Assembly: GCA_035285545.1 (NCBI GenBank)
Contig: JAYKGY010000105.1
Span: 1 to 64,000 of the forward strand
DNA: 64,000 nt
Reading direction: 5' to 3'
From: Snowella sp.
GTDB taxonomy: Bacteria > Cyanobacteriota > Cyanobacteriia > Cyanobacteriales > Microcystaceae
Within the stretch, counting starts at the first letter, position 1, and each line of letters starts with the position of its first letter. Of this stretch, positions 1 through 10,286 are shown one piece after another. Below the pieces are notes generated by a model. It was not told the DNA's origin. It ran no database searches and saw nothing but the letters and a program-made list of their open reading frames with translations. The position numbers and the translations under genes were made by a program.

Positions 1-295
1 CATGGAAAGTGACCGTCTACTGCACAGATGATTGGAAGCCCTATAGAGAATTACTAGACGAGCATCCTGATGCGTTTCATGTAATTACGAAAAGCGAAAC
101 AGTGAGGATAGAAAGGAATAATTCGGATAATCGCCATTGGTTTGCCCGTTTTCATTGAAAAAGAAAAACGAAAATGGTGTCTCGCTCAGTAGAAATGGTT
201 GACCTGACTATGGCTTTATTCGCTAAATTTAGAGTCAATGGTTCTATCAACTTGTTACGCAACTGGAAGTTAGCATTACTTACTTGAAACTCTCC
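1..295 (+). mobile_element. IS1-family element, 3' part (InsB transposase pseudogene) with probable right terminal inverted repeat
   Basis: Frame 3 reads WKVTVYCTDDWKPY...IERNNSDNRHWFARFH*KRKTK...LLT*, with InsB-like TDDW..Y and IER.N...R motifs. There is an in-frame TGA at 156-158 and a final stop at 285-287. The sequence ends TACTTGAAACTCTCC (IS1-type GG... terminus on the reverse strand). Truncated by the window edge. Confidence 0.8.
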
Positions 296-501
296 ACCCC
301 TAAAACTCAACGTTCCCGAAACGTGATCACTGTTTAATTTCTAATATTGACTTATCAGAGGAGTTTGTTACTGTTAACACTTGAAACAGATGATAAACAA
401 TGAAAAAGATTATTATTCTCTGCACAACTCGACCGTATTTTCTGATTCTTAACTTTGGGTTTATACTGAAGTGAGAGATTAAATTGAAACCAGAAGCTAA
501 G

Positions 502-729
502 ATGATTACGTTTGAAAATGTGTTAGAGATGGTCAGCCAGCTACCTAGAGAACAGCAAGAATTATTAGCTGATATTGTCAAAAAACGGGCGGTAGAAGTC
601 CGAAGACAGGAAATTAGGTCAGAATGTCGTGAAGCCTTGGCAGAATATCGGACAGGGAATTTGAAACCGATGTCGGCGGAAGAGGCGATCGCGGAATTAA
701 ATCGTTATCTGGAAAGTGATGAGGAGTAA
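502..729 (+). CDS. Small helical protein, putative antitoxin/addiction-module component
   Basis: ATG 502; MITFENVLEMVSQLPREQQELLADIVKKR...SAEEAIAEL pattern, typical of cyanobacterial antitoxin-like proteins. Confidence 0.6.
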   Translation: MITFENVLEMVSQLPREQQELLADIVKKRAVEVRRQEIRSECREALAEYRTGNLKPMSAEEAIAELNRYLESDEE

Positions 730-734
730 AATTT

Positions 735-1103
735 CTATTGCTTAATTCTGATTCTAGAAATATTTACAATCAAGAGTTTTCCCTGATAGTATTCTTGATT
801 GGGATAAGTGTTAAGGTATTTTATTAATCTATTCATAATTTGTGGGATAATTTCTGGATGATTCTTAAGTTGAAGAGAGATTATCCCCTGATAATTAGCA
901 GGAGGGTAGCTAATAATATCAGCAAAATCTCCGTTTAGTGAAACCAAAATACTATTAAGTTTTTGAGCAGTTTTGATGACAACAGGATCAGGTGAGTCAA
1001 TAGGAATATTTTCCCGAAGAAAAAAGACTTGGTAGCCAGCATCACGCAGGTTTAAGCCAACAATATTAGGTACACATTGATCAATAAAAAAGCTTAAATT
1101 CAT
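735..1103 (-). CDS. DUF5615 PIN-like toxin (VapC45-like)
   Basis: FFIDQCV...D.DP.V...ILVSLNGDF motif; 4-nt overlap with the upstream DUF433 gene. Confidence 0.85.
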   Translation of the reverse strand: MNLSFFIDQCVPNIVGLNLRDAGYQVFFLRENIPIDSPDPVVIKTAQKLNSILVSLNGDFADIISYPPANYQGIISLQLKNHPEIIPQIMNRLIKYLNTYPNQEYYQGKLLIVNISRIRIKQ

Positions 1104-1327
1104 GAAGCAATAGTTTCAAATTCTGATAGATCTCTGGCATAATCAAGACAAGCAAAAATATGATCTTGGGTCAAATCGGGAAACTCTTCGATAATTTTTT
1201 GATAGCTATTTCCTGCCGCTAAATAACCTAAAATCAAACCGACGGGAATACGAGTTCCTTTAATACGCGGTTTACCTTTGAGGGTGTCTGGTGTGCTAAC
1301 AATATAATCTTGCCAGTGGATTAACAT
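1100..1327 (-). CDS. DUF433 antitoxin-like protein
   Basis: GKPRIKGTRIPV...EEFPDLT.DHI.ACL.YA signature. Confidence 0.9.
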   Translation of the reverse strand: MLIHWQDYIVSTPDTLKGKPRIKGTRIPVGLILGYLAAGNSYQKIIEEFPDLTQDHIFACLDYARDLSEFETIAS

Positions 1328-1420
1328 GAGCGATTAACCAAAATTTTTACTCGTTTATTATAGCGATACTGACAGAGAGATTTTCTGTTAGAGTGAAATA
1401 GCGTTTTTTGTGGCTCAAGG

Positions 1421-1549
1421 ATGAGTCGTTGGTTATTTCAATTTCTTTCCCGTGATGGCATTATTGCTGTTATCTTCTTTTGTGACAGTTTAGTGGTTTC
1501 CTTAATGGCTTGGCTTTTCAAAAAAATGGATGATTCTCCAGATTCTTAA
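1421..1549 (+). CDS. Putative 42-aa single-TM small protein (not in ORF track)
   Basis: Manual translation MSRWLFQFLSRDGIIAVIFFCDSLVVSLMAWLFKKMDDSPDS*; AAGG directly upstream. Confidence 0.35.
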   Translation: MSRWLFQFLSRDGIIAVIFFCDSLVVSLMAWLFKKMDDSPDS

Positions 1550-1667
1550 AATTGCGATTGATTATAAAATAAAAATACTTATGGAATTCTTGTTATTAAA
1601 ACGGGGAAAATGGCCAAAACCGTCTTAAAAATAATAATTCCGCGTTTTTGACGAAGTTTTTAAATTT

Positions 1668-2534
1668 ATGACTTTTTCTCCTTCTTTAGTTATTCCTAAC
1701 CCTGCTAAACATTGGACAGGTAAACTTGATTTACGTTATTCCTATGAGCAAGAAACGACAAAATTAACCCAAGCCTTAGCCCAAGCTCCCTTAAAAATTC
1801 AACGGGCTTTTTATCCTGAAGGCCCAGAATTTTGTCATAGCGTTGTCTTACATACCGCAGGGGGAATGGTCGGCGGCGATCGCTTAATCCAAACGATTCA
1901 ATTAGATACTAATGCTCAAGTATTGTTAACCACAGCCGCAGCGAGTAAGGTTTACAAAAGCCAAGGGGATATTACCCAACAAATCATTGAGATTACATTA
2001 GCCGATGGAGCTTATTTAGAGTGGCTCCCCCAGGAAACGGTTATTTTTAATGAAGCTCTTTATCAACAAACTATGCGGGTTGAATTGGGTGAAAATGCCT
2101 GTTTTTGTGGTTGGGAAATGACCCGTTTAGGTCGCACGGCAAGGGGTGAACAATTTCTAACAGGAGATTGGCGATCGCGATTAGAAGTTTGGCAAGCAGG
2201 GTATCCCCTCTGGATTGATCGGCAATGGCTACCAGGGGGAACCGATTTACTCCACAGTCCGAATGGGTTGAACGGCAAAGCGATTGTGGCAACCTTGATT
2301 TGGATTGGTCAGGTTGTTGAACCAGAGATTTTAAGCAAGGCGAGACAACTGGGAGCGGAATTAGTCACAGAAGGCGAAGTGGGCCTAACCCAAACCCAAG
2401 GCTCCGGCTTAATCTGCCGTTATCGGGGGTCTTCTACCGAGGAAGTTAAACAGTATTTTTGGACAATCTGGAGTTTATTGCGGCAAACCTACCGTGATCG
2501 CGCTCCCATTAAACCGCGAGTTTGGTTAAGCTAA
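1668..2534 (+). CDS. ureD: Urease accessory protein UreD
   Basis: APLKIQRAFYPEG, HTAGGMVGGD, LEWLPQETVIF motifs. Confidence 0.95.
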   Translation: MTFSPSLVIPNPAKHWTGKLDLRYSYEQETTKLTQALAQAPLKIQRAFYPEGPEFCHSVVLHTAGGMVGGDRLIQTIQLDTNAQVLLTTAAASKVYKSQGDITQQIIEITLADGAYLEWLPQETVIFNEALYQQTMRVELGENACFCGWEMTRLGRTARGEQFLTGDWRSRLEVWQAGYPLWIDRQWLPGGTDLLHSPNGLNGKAIVATLIWIGQVVEPEILSKARQLGAELVTEGEVGLTQTQGSGLICRYRGSSTEEVKQYFWTIWSLLRQTYRDRAPIKPRVWLS

Positions 2535-2541
2535 CAGGATT

Positions 2542-4137
2542 TTAAATAAAAACATCGGAATCTTTCCCCGTTAGTTTCGATAATTCAAATAACTTTTCAC
2601 AGGTGATCGCTTGACTCTGGGGCATCTGACCATAGGAAAAAATCCAGGGCATTTCTGCGGGAAATAGGGTTTTAAACCATTCCAAAACGTAGGGACTCCC
2701 GTAAATCATTACGGCTTGCACCTGATTGGTTTTGATTAATTGCTGATAAAATTCCTGCGCTCTAGCGGTTAATCCTGCGGTTCCTCGAAAGGGATTGCCC
2801 CGAATAAACACTTGCAATAGGGTTAATGTCTCTTCTGTAAACTGGGAATCAAGAGTATTTTGATCACGCAATTGCACCTGATAGCCAAAGCGTTTGGGAA
2901 TGACGACACTGGGACAGGCTCGGTCTAAAAAATCACAATTGAGTAAATCATCCACTACAATCAGGTTGCGCTTCGGCTGTTGGTTATCGACTTTTAAGGG
3001 TAAGTTTCCGCCAATTTGTAAGGAATGCTCCGTAATTAAGGCGACAGCTTCTCTAGCAGTTGGTGTACTTAAATTTTCTAACGCTAACCCAGTCTGGGTT
3101 GAAGGGAATAACCCTAACTTTTCTTTTGCTTGCCAAATGCGTTGCACCGATTCATCAATGCGGGCTTCCGTTAAACGACCGGATTGAACGGCTTCATAGA
3201 CTGCGGCGATCGCTGTTTCGGGATCGGGAGGCATTAACAAAATATCTGCACCCGCAATTAAGGCACGAACTGCCACTTCTTCAGGGGTTGCTTCCTGTAC
3301 CACACCACCCATAATCAGGGCATCAGTCACGATTAAGCCGTTAAATCCCATTTTTTCCCGTAATTGTCCCGTTAAAATGGCAGGAGAAAGGGTCGCAGGA
3401 TTGGCTTCATCCCAGGCAGAAACCCGAATGTGGGCCGTCATCACACTATCAACCCCTGCGGCGATCGCGGCTTGAAAGGGAGGTAACTCAACTTGCTCTA
3501 AGCGATCGAGGGAATGGGGAATAATGGGTAAATGGAGATGGGAATCCGTTGCCGTATCGCCATGACCAGGAAAATGTTTAGCCGTCGTTAAAACGGGGTA
3601 TTCTTGGGAGCCTTGAATAAAACTGGTTACTAAAGCACTAACAATTTCAGGGGTTTCTCCAAAAGCGCGAATATTAATTACCGGATTCTCGGCATTATTA
3701 TTGACATCGGCAATGGGAGCCAAAACCCAATTAATTCCCATCGCTAGGGCTTCTTGGACCGTTATTTCCCCCATTTTCGCCGCATAACCTTGAGCTAAAG
3801 GTAAATCTTTTTCGGCGATCGCGTTCAAGGCCATCGGAGGGGGAAACCAGGTCGCGCCCGAAAACCGTTGACCTACGCCTTCTTCGATATCGGCAGAAAT
3901 TAATAAGGGATTAGACGACCACGCTTGCAACTGTTGGGTTCGGGTGGCTAATTCGGCGGCACTCCCCCCTAATAAAATGACTCCCCCTAAATTTAGCGTT
4001 TCTAACCAACGACGTAAGGTAGCATTAGACGCTTCCCAAACAGGATATCGGATTTGATGGTCAAATAAAAAGCCTGAAGCCCGTACAACAACCAATTGAC
4101 CAATTTTCTGTTTGAGTGTCCAATTTTTCCAATTCAT
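2542..4137 (-). CDS. nagZ: GH3 beta-N-acetylglucosaminidase
   Basis: KHFPGHGD, DSH, VTDALIM motifs; likely start MNWKNW at 4137. Confidence 0.85.
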   Translation of the reverse strand: MNWKNWTLKQKIGQLVVVRASGFLFDHQIRYPVWEASNATLRRWLETLNLGGVILLGGSAAELATRTQQLQAWSSNPLLISADIEEGVGQRFSGATWFPPPMALNAIAEKDLPLAQGYAAKMGEITVQEALAMGINWVLAPIADVNNNAENPVINIRAFGETPEIVSALVTSFIQGSQEYPVLTTAKHFPGHGDTATDSHLHLPIIPHSLDRLEQVELPPFQAAIAAGVDSVMTAHIRVSAWDEANPATLSPAILTGQLREKMGFNGLIVTDALIMGGVVQEATPEEVAVRALIAGADILLMPPDPETAIAAVYEAVQSGRLTEARIDESVQRIWQAKEKLGLFPSTQTGLALENLSTPTAREAVALITEHSLQIGGNLPLKVDNQQPKRNLIVVDDLLNCDFLDRACPSVVIPKRFGYQVQLRDQNTLDSQFTEETLTLLQVFIRGNPFRGTAGLTARAQEFYQQLIKTNQVQAVMIYGSPYVLEWFKTLFPAEMPWIFSYGQMPQSQAITCEKLFELSKLTGKDSDVFI

Positions 4138-4259
4138 AACGATTTTGAGTGAGAATAGCTTTAATTTTAATCCGAGAGCGCAAAACAATTGATAGTTTTC
4201 TCTATGTCAAACGAGTTAACCTACAATAAAGAAGTCTTAACATTTAGCGAGGAATCCCC

Positions 4260-4544
4260 ATGCCATCAAACCGAGAAATAGATGATTTTCTCCATCCTCG
4301 TAGTTCCTATTATGGGAAAGTCAAACCCGAAAATTTAGTATTTAATGCGAATTTGCAGGAATTTGCTCAAAAGGTCAGTTATATCTGCAATTTGGAAACA
4401 GGTGGCAAAATTGGAGCACAGGATGCCTATCATCAGATTAAAATGCTTTGGAAACAACTCAAAGCTAGCAAAAAAGCCTTGGGAATTGGCAATGATCCCA
4501 TGAACCCTAACAATAATAACGATAATACGATTGATCCTGAATAG
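4260..4544 (+). CDS. Conserved cyanobacterial hypothetical protein
   Basis: ENLVFNANLQEFAQKVSYICNLETGGKI motif, recognised as a conserved cyanobacterial family. Confidence 0.8.
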   Translation: MPSNREIDDFLHPRSSYYGKVKPENLVFNANLQEFAQKVSYICNLETGGKIGAQDAYHQIKMLWKQLKASKKALGIGNDPMNPNNNNDNTIDPE

Positions 4545-4636
4545 GATGACAACATAGTGCTTTTAATGGCGTTTAATACAGTAAAGTTAAAAACAACGCT
4601 TTTTAAGATAAAAATTAATTGCCCTAGTATTTGTCT

Positions 4637-5662
4637 ATGTCTCGTGCGAAAGCCCTTCAATCCTATATTCTGATTCGTCTATTATTGGCCCCGCTAATGG
4701 TCTGGACGATTGTAACCGTTGTCTTTCTCCTGTTACGGGCAACGCCGGGAGATCCGGTTGATGCGATTTTAGGTAACCGTGCCCCAGAAGCAGCTAAGGC
4801 CAGTATGCGAGAACAGTTAGGGTTAAATAAGCCCCTCATTGTCCAATATTTTGATTATTTAGGGAATTTATTACATCTCAATTTGGGAGCCTCAATTACT
4901 AGCAAGGGAACCAGTGTTTGGGAAATTATTCAAAAGCATTTTCCGGCAACGGCCGAACTAGCCTTTTATGGAATGCTCGTGGCGATCGCGGTGGGAGTGA
5001 CCTTAGGGATTATTTCCGCTTCTCGTCCAGGCTCTCCCGTCGATGTGGGTGGACGATTATTTGGCATTATTACCTATTCATTGCCAATTTTTTGGGTAGG
5101 AATGCTATTTCAGCTTATTTTCTCGGTTCAATTACGCCTTTTTCCTTTGGGAACTCGCTTTCCATTGAGTGATCCTGCGCCCGAAGGTTGGACGGGATTA
5201 TATACCGTTGATAGTTTATTAAGCGGTAATTTTAGCCAGTTTTTCACTGCTTTATATTATTTAGCCTTACCCTGTTTAACCTTAGGGATTTTGCTGAGTG
5301 GGATTTTTGAACGGATGGTACGGGTTAATTTACGGCAAACCCTGCAATCCGATTATGTAGAAGCCGCTAGAGCTAGAGGTATTCCCGAAAAAAACATTTT
5401 ATTGTCCCACGCCCTAAAAAATGCCCTGATTCCCGTAATTACGGTATTAGGGTTAACCTTTGCTTCCCTGTTAGGTGGGGCAGTATTAACGGAAGTCACC
5501 TTTTCCTGGCCAGGATTAGGAAAACGCCTTTACGAAGCGATCGCGCTACGAGATTACCCCACCGTTCAAGGCTTAATGATCTTTTTTGGTGTAATTGTCG
5601 TTGTTGCCAGCATGTTGATCGACATTATCAATGCCTACATTGACCCCCGTATCCGCTATTAA
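4637..5662 (+). CDS. Peptide/nickel ABC transporter permease (DppB/OppB family)
   Basis: PGDP, DYVEAARARG (EAA loop), TEVTFSWPGLG, RDYPTVQG. Confidence 0.92.
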   Translation: MSRAKALQSYILIRLLLAPLMVWTIVTVVFLLLRATPGDPVDAILGNRAPEAAKASMREQLGLNKPLIVQYFDYLGNLLHLNLGASITSKGTSVWEIIQKHFPATAELAFYGMLVAIAVGVTLGIISASRPGSPVDVGGRLFGIITYSLPIFWVGMLFQLIFSVQLRLFPLGTRFPLSDPAPEGWTGLYTVDSLLSGNFSQFFTALYYLALPCLTLGILLSGIFERMVRVNLRQTLQSDYVEAARARGIPEKNILLSHALKNALIPVITVLGLTFASLLGGAVLTEVTFSWPGLGKRLYEAIALRDYPTVQGLMIFFGVIVVVASMLIDIINAYIDPRIRY

Positions 5663-5665
5663 TTT

Positions 5666-5760
5666 AATTAACAATTAATAATTAACAATTAACAATTATT
5701 AACTATTAACTATTAACTATTAACTATTAACTATTAACTATTAACTATTAATTATTAACT
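5666..5760. repeat. STRR-like heptamer tandem repeat (TTAACTA/TTAACAA)n between convergent genes
   Basis: About 7 perfect TTAACTA units at ~5699-5747, plus degenerate TTAACAA units upstream. Confidence 0.9.
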
Positions 5761-7711
5761 ACCAATCATTAACGGGGACTTGAGGCCGAACTTTTAAGCG
5801 GATTAAAATTCCTGTTAAATTGTCATGGCCATTGTTTTCATTGGCAAATTCCATAAGTTTCCGCATTCCTCGATCAATGCTTTGGCTAGAGCTAATCAAA
5901 GGTAAAAGATGGGTTTCCCAACAATCTTCAACCAAATTATTATCGGAAATGCCATCGGAACAGAGTAAAAGTAGGGTGTCTTCTTCGATATCTAAAAAGC
6001 GAATATCGGGTTGCACAAAATTATTCCCGTGAGGCCCCAAAGCTTGGGTGAGTTGATAGGCATCGGGACGACCATAGGCGATCGCGGGATCAAGACCGTG
6101 TTGAATCGCCTGCTGTCCTACCTCGTGATCAACCGTTAATTGCTCTAAACCACTGCGACGGGTTACCCGATAGATCCGACTGTCTCCCACATGGGCGATC
6201 GCGACCTTGGTTCCCTGAACGAGAGCCATAATCAGGGTCGTTCCCATCCGCCCACTCCCCGAACTGGCATTTTGTTGATTGATATCGAACAGGGTCTGAT
6301 TAGCTAACCAAATCCCTTCAGTAATGAGAGTGGCATCGGGTAAGGGGTCTTGCCAATGTTGACTAAAGTACGTTTGAAGTGTGCTGACAGCCAATTGACT
6401 GGCGACTTCTCCCGCAGCATGACCCCCCATGCCATCACAGACGACATAGATCCCTTTGGCCTGAACAGTTTTACCTTGATTATTGTGCTGTACTTGAATT
6501 TGGGTGTTTAAACCAAAATAATCTTCGTTATGGGGTCGTTGATTGCCTCGGTCGGTATAGCCCGCATCGGCCAAGTCAATTAACTGCATCGGTAAAACGG
6601 CAGTGGGCAAATCATCGGCATCGGGAACATTGGCATCGGGTAAGGTGCTGAGGGGTTCTTGACCGGCAATGGTTGGTGCAAAGTCGATGTCTTCAAAGTT
6701 GGGTAAGTCTTCTTCCGAAAAGTCTTCGATAACACTGATACTTTGTTCTTCGATCGCGATCGCTTCTAATAATTGGCTGAGTTCTTCAATGGTTTCAATT
6801 TCTCCGGTGGCTAACTTTGTCACGACTTGTTCTAGGGAAAGATTGACGGGTTCAGAGGTGTTCACTAACCATTCTTGCCAGAGTTTCCCTAAATTCGTTA
6901 AGCTGGGTTGGCTATCTTTTGCATCAGGATAGAGCAGTTGCAGGGCTAAATTTTGATCCTCATCGACTCTCCAATTTTCTTCAACAAATAGGCTTTGACC
7001 ATAACCGACAGCAACCAGCGATCGCCAAAGCTCGATCATCTCATTAAACCAATACACCAATTGCAGAAGCGGTAACGGCTCTTGGGTAAATAGTTCCGTC
7101 AACGGCTGGCCATCAGCCTGATTCGCAATCAAAATAATTTCGGTCTCTTCTTCACACCAAGCATCATAAATTTCAGGGATTTTAGGCGTTAAATCCTGTA
7201 ATTTAAAATAGGGTAAGGCTAAGGGCGGTAAGGCTAAATGTTTCCAGACAGAATCCGCTTCAATCTCTTCCAAGCTTAAGCTCGGAACCTTTTCTAAAAA
7301 CGCCCCCTCTTTTGCTAATAAAATTTTTAATACCGACGGCTGAAGCGGCTGACAATCCACGACCTGACCAATCCAAAGGGGGGAATCCATGCCCTGCCAA
7401 TGGGAATTCAGTTTCTTAGCGGTATCTGGATTGAATAGACGATAGCGTTGCCCAATATCGATACAATCGCCATATAACTTAGGGAATTCTTGGGGAATGG
7501 GGTTTTCTGCTTCCTGTGTTGGTTGAGTTCCCCGAATAATCGCCCACAATATTTTTCCCGTAACTGCCCCACAATTTGAACAGGTTGCATCACTTAAAAG
7601 CACACTGGTTCCGCATTCTGGACAATCACGATGGGTTAAGGAAGTTCCACATTTTTGGCAAAAATTATTGCGGTTAGGATTCTCAGCGTAGCATTGGGGG
7701 CAAATTAACAT
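5759..7711 (-). CDS. PP2C-family Ser/Thr phosphatase with N-terminal double zinc ribbon
   Basis: CPQC/CQKC/CPEC/CSNC; NED, VCDGMGGH, GDSR, CSDG, GHDN motifs; start MLICPQC at 7711. Confidence 0.92.
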   Translation of the reverse strand: MLICPQCYAENPNRNNFCQKCGTSLTHRDCPECGTSVLLSDATCSNCGAVTGKILWAIIRGTQPTQEAENPIPQEFPKLYGDCIDIGQRYRLFNPDTAKKLNSHWQGMDSPLWIGQVVDCQPLQPSVLKILLAKEGAFLEKVPSLSLEEIEADSVWKHLALPPLALPYFKLQDLTPKIPEIYDAWCEEETEIILIANQADGQPLTELFTQEPLPLLQLVYWFNEMIELWRSLVAVGYGQSLFVEENWRVDEDQNLALQLLYPDAKDSQPSLTNLGKLWQEWLVNTSEPVNLSLEQVVTKLATGEIETIEELSQLLEAIAIEEQSISVIEDFSEEDLPNFEDIDFAPTIAGQEPLSTLPDANVPDADDLPTAVLPMQLIDLADAGYTDRGNQRPHNEDYFGLNTQIQVQHNNQGKTVQAKGIYVVCDGMGGHAAGEVASQLAVSTLQTYFSQHWQDPLPDATLITEGIWLANQTLFDINQQNASSGSGRMGTTLIMALVQGTKVAIAHVGDSRIYRVTRRSGLEQLTVDHEVGQQAIQHGLDPAIAYGRPDAYQLTQALGPHGNNFVQPDIRFLDIEEDTLLLLCSDGISDNNLVEDCWETHLLPLISSSQSIDRGMRKLMEFANENNGHDNLTGILIRLKVRPQVPVNDW

Positions 7712-8055
7712 AGGAACAGCAAAAGTCGTGGGAATAACCAAATTAAAACAATGATGGAAGGGTAGAAGCTGAAGCAACCAAGGACATCGCCTAAAAGTTA
7801 ACGCAATGATTCGATTTTCAGTTGGTTTATTTTCCAGCTATACAAGGGATATAGGATGAATGTAGGCGATCGCTGATGTAATGTCCAATTCAATTTATCT
7901 ACCTAGTTTTAAAATACAATTGTCTTTTAATCTTTATTAATATTGTAATCATTGTTATCATTCTGTATTCTAAGCAAACTTCCTGATTGTTAGGAGGGCT
8001 ATTGCGACGATCCCAGGATTGTTATAGTAAATAAGCCGCTAAATTTGCTAAAACC

Positions 8056-9105
8056 ATGTCATTGATTCGAGATTGTGTCCGCCAAACCCCTGGTTATGTG
8101 CCAGGAGAACAGCCGCAAACCACGGATTTCATTAAGCTCAACACCAATGAAAACCCCTATCCTCCCCCCGCTAGGATTTTTGAAAGTTTACAACCAGAAT
8201 TAACGAAAGTTCGCCTTTATCCCGATCCCGTTTCTACCCAATTACGCAAAGCCGCCGCCCAAGTATTTGGGGTATCCGTAGAACAAATTCTGGCTGGTAA
8301 TGGCTCGGATGACATTCTCAATATTGCCCTGAGAACCTTCGTTAACCCAGGAGACGCGATCGCCTTTTTAGATTTGACCTATTCCCTGTATGAAACCATT
8401 GCTAGGGTACATGGGGCAGTGATTGAAACCGTTCCCTTAAACGAAAATTTTGAATTAACCGGGCCGGTGATCTGCCCTCAAGCTAAATTAATCTTTCTAG
8501 CCTCTCCCAATCCGCCCGTCGGCAAACATTTAAACCGAGAATTTGTGTGGGAAACCTGCGCCCAAGCCCAGGGAATAGTCCTGATCGATGAAGCCTATGG
8601 GGATTTTTCCGATGAAAATCACTGGGATTTCCTCACAGAATTTGATAACGTCATTATTTCTCGAACCCTTTCTAAAAGCTATAGCCTAGCGGGAATGCGG
8701 GTCGGTTTTGGTATCAGTTCTCCGTCTTTGATTCAGGAAATGGATAAGGTGCGGGATTCCTATAATCTTGATCGTCTGGCCCAATGTTTAGGAACCGCTG
8801 CCCTAGAAGCCAGTAGTGAATTTGAACCAATGTGGCAAAAGGTACGGCAGACGCGCACTCGTTTAATCGCGGAATTACAGCAATTAGATTTTGCGGTGTT
8901 TGATTCTGATTCTAATTTCGTTTTAGCGGGGCCAAACTGGATGGCAGCTTCAGATCTATATCAACAGCTTAAAGCCCGTAAAGTTTTGGTACGCTATTTT
9001 AGTCATCCCCGCATTCGCAATTATGTGCGGATTTCTATCGGAACGGATGCAGAAATTGATCGGTTACTCGCCGCGATCGCTGAGATTAAGCATGAACAAA
9101 GCTGA
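8056..9105 (+). CDS. hisC: Histidinol-phosphate aminotransferase
   Basis: KLNTNENPY, GNGSDD, DEAY, SRTLSKSYSLAGMRVG. Confidence 0.95.
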   Translation: MSLIRDCVRQTPGYVPGEQPQTTDFIKLNTNENPYPPPARIFESLQPELTKVRLYPDPVSTQLRKAAAQVFGVSVEQILAGNGSDDILNIALRTFVNPGDAIAFLDLTYSLYETIARVHGAVIETVPLNENFELTGPVICPQAKLIFLASPNPPVGKHLNREFVWETCAQAQGIVLIDEAYGDFSDENHWDFLTEFDNVIISRTLSKSYSLAGMRVGFGISSPSLIQEMDKVRDSYNLDRLAQCLGTAALEASSEFEPMWQKVRQTRTRLIAELQQLDFAVFDSDSNFVLAGPNWMAASDLYQQLKARKVLVRYFSHPRIRNYVRISIGTDAEIDRLLAAIAEIKHEQS

Positions 9106-9907
9106 GTTAGCCCAGCGATTACAGTTAGCCCATACCTTAGCGGATTTGTCAGGAGAGGTGATTCGTCAGTATTTTCGGCGATCGCATCTTGCATCCCAAA
9201 CAAAAACGGGGGAGAGTTCTTCCATTGTGACGATTGCGGATCAAGCGGCAGAACAGGCAATGGTGGAGCAGGTATTGCAGGTCTTTCCAGAGGACGGCAT
9301 TATCCGAGAAGAGGGCGAAAATCAGGTTTCCAAAAGTGGCTATTATTGGGTGATCGATCCCATTGATGGGACTTCCTCGTTTGTGAAAGGATTGCCGATT
9401 TTTGGAACCTTAATTGGGTTAGTCGATCAAGATGGAACTCCAGTGTTAGGCATTGCGGATCAGCCGATTATTCGGGAAAGATGGCAGGGGGTTCAAGGTG
9501 AGCTAACTCGGTTAAATGGGCAAGTTTTAACGAATCCCTATGCTCAAGATCGCCATTGGCCATTAGCAGAAGTGTGTTTAACTTCGACCACGCCCTTAAT
9601 GTTTGTCACACCTCAACAACAGGCGATCGCGGCGAAATTGCAACAGGTTTGTAAACGGACAGCCTTTGGGGGCGATTGCTATAACTATTTATCCTTGGCG
9701 GCGGGATGGACAGCAATGCCAATGGTCATTTTAGAATCAGATATGAAATACTATGATTTTTGTGCCTTAATTCCCATTATTCAAGGTTCGGGGGGAATTA
9801 TTACCGATTGGCAAGGCAGGGCTTTAGATCAAAACTCAACCGAAGTTTTAGCGGCTTCTAATGCTTATTTACATCAAGCTGCTTTGGAAATTATTCAGAG
9901 CATTTAA
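9092..9907 (+). CDS. hisN: Inositol monophosphatase-family histidinol-phosphate phosphatase (HisN-like)
   Basis: VTIAD, EE, WVIDPIDGT motifs; ATG 9092 overlaps the end of hisC. Confidence 0.8.
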   Translation: MNKAELAQRLQLAHTLADLSGEVIRQYFRRSHLASQTKTGESSSIVTIADQAAEQAMVEQVLQVFPEDGIIREEGENQVSKSGYYWVIDPIDGTSSFVKGLPIFGTLIGLVDQDGTPVLGIADQPIIRERWQGVQGELTRLNGQVLTNPYAQDRHWPLAEVCLTSTTPLMFVTPQQQAIAAKLQQVCKRTAFGGDCYNYLSLAAGWTAMPMVILESDMKYYDFCALIPIIQGSGGIITDWQGRALDQNSTEVLAASNAYLHQAALEIIQSI

Positions 9908-9944
9908 AAAGAGAGAAACTTTTTATTTAAAACTATAAAAAATT

Positions 9945-10286
9945 TTATTCGTTAAGTAATTGATTGATGAGAAACTTTACTTCTTCTAATTTTGCAATTG
10001 TTATTTTTGCTTGAACTTTTAATACTTTACTTTGAAGAGCAGAAAAAGGTTTATCAACTCTAATCGCACTTTTTAAAGGTAAATTACCGCTGTCTAAATC
10101 TTGCACCTCAATCAGAATTTTGTAAGCATGAGGAGATAAATTTGAGGTAATCGCTAAGACAAAAGCATCTAAATTGTTTTGGTTGTATTGGTTACTCGAA
10201 ACAACTAATGCAGGTCTGACTTTCGTTCCCGTTAAATCAGAAAAAGGAAAATTAATTAGGATAATCTCTCTTTGTTTAACTTTCAA
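9945..10286 (-). CDS. PemK/MazF-family toxin
   Basis: FPFSDLTGTKVRPALVVS, AITSN motifs; probable TTG start at 10286 overlapping the upstream gene. Confidence 0.88.
   Translation of the reverse strand: MKVKQREIILINFPFSDLTGTKVRPALVVSSNQYNQNNLDAFVLAITSNLSPHAYKILIEVQDLDSGNLPLKSAIRVDKPFSALQSKVLKVQAKITIAKLEEVKFLINQLLNE

Noticed and set aside
5666..5760. Possible CRISPR array
   Set aside because: 7-bp tandem units with no spacers; no cas genes in the window.
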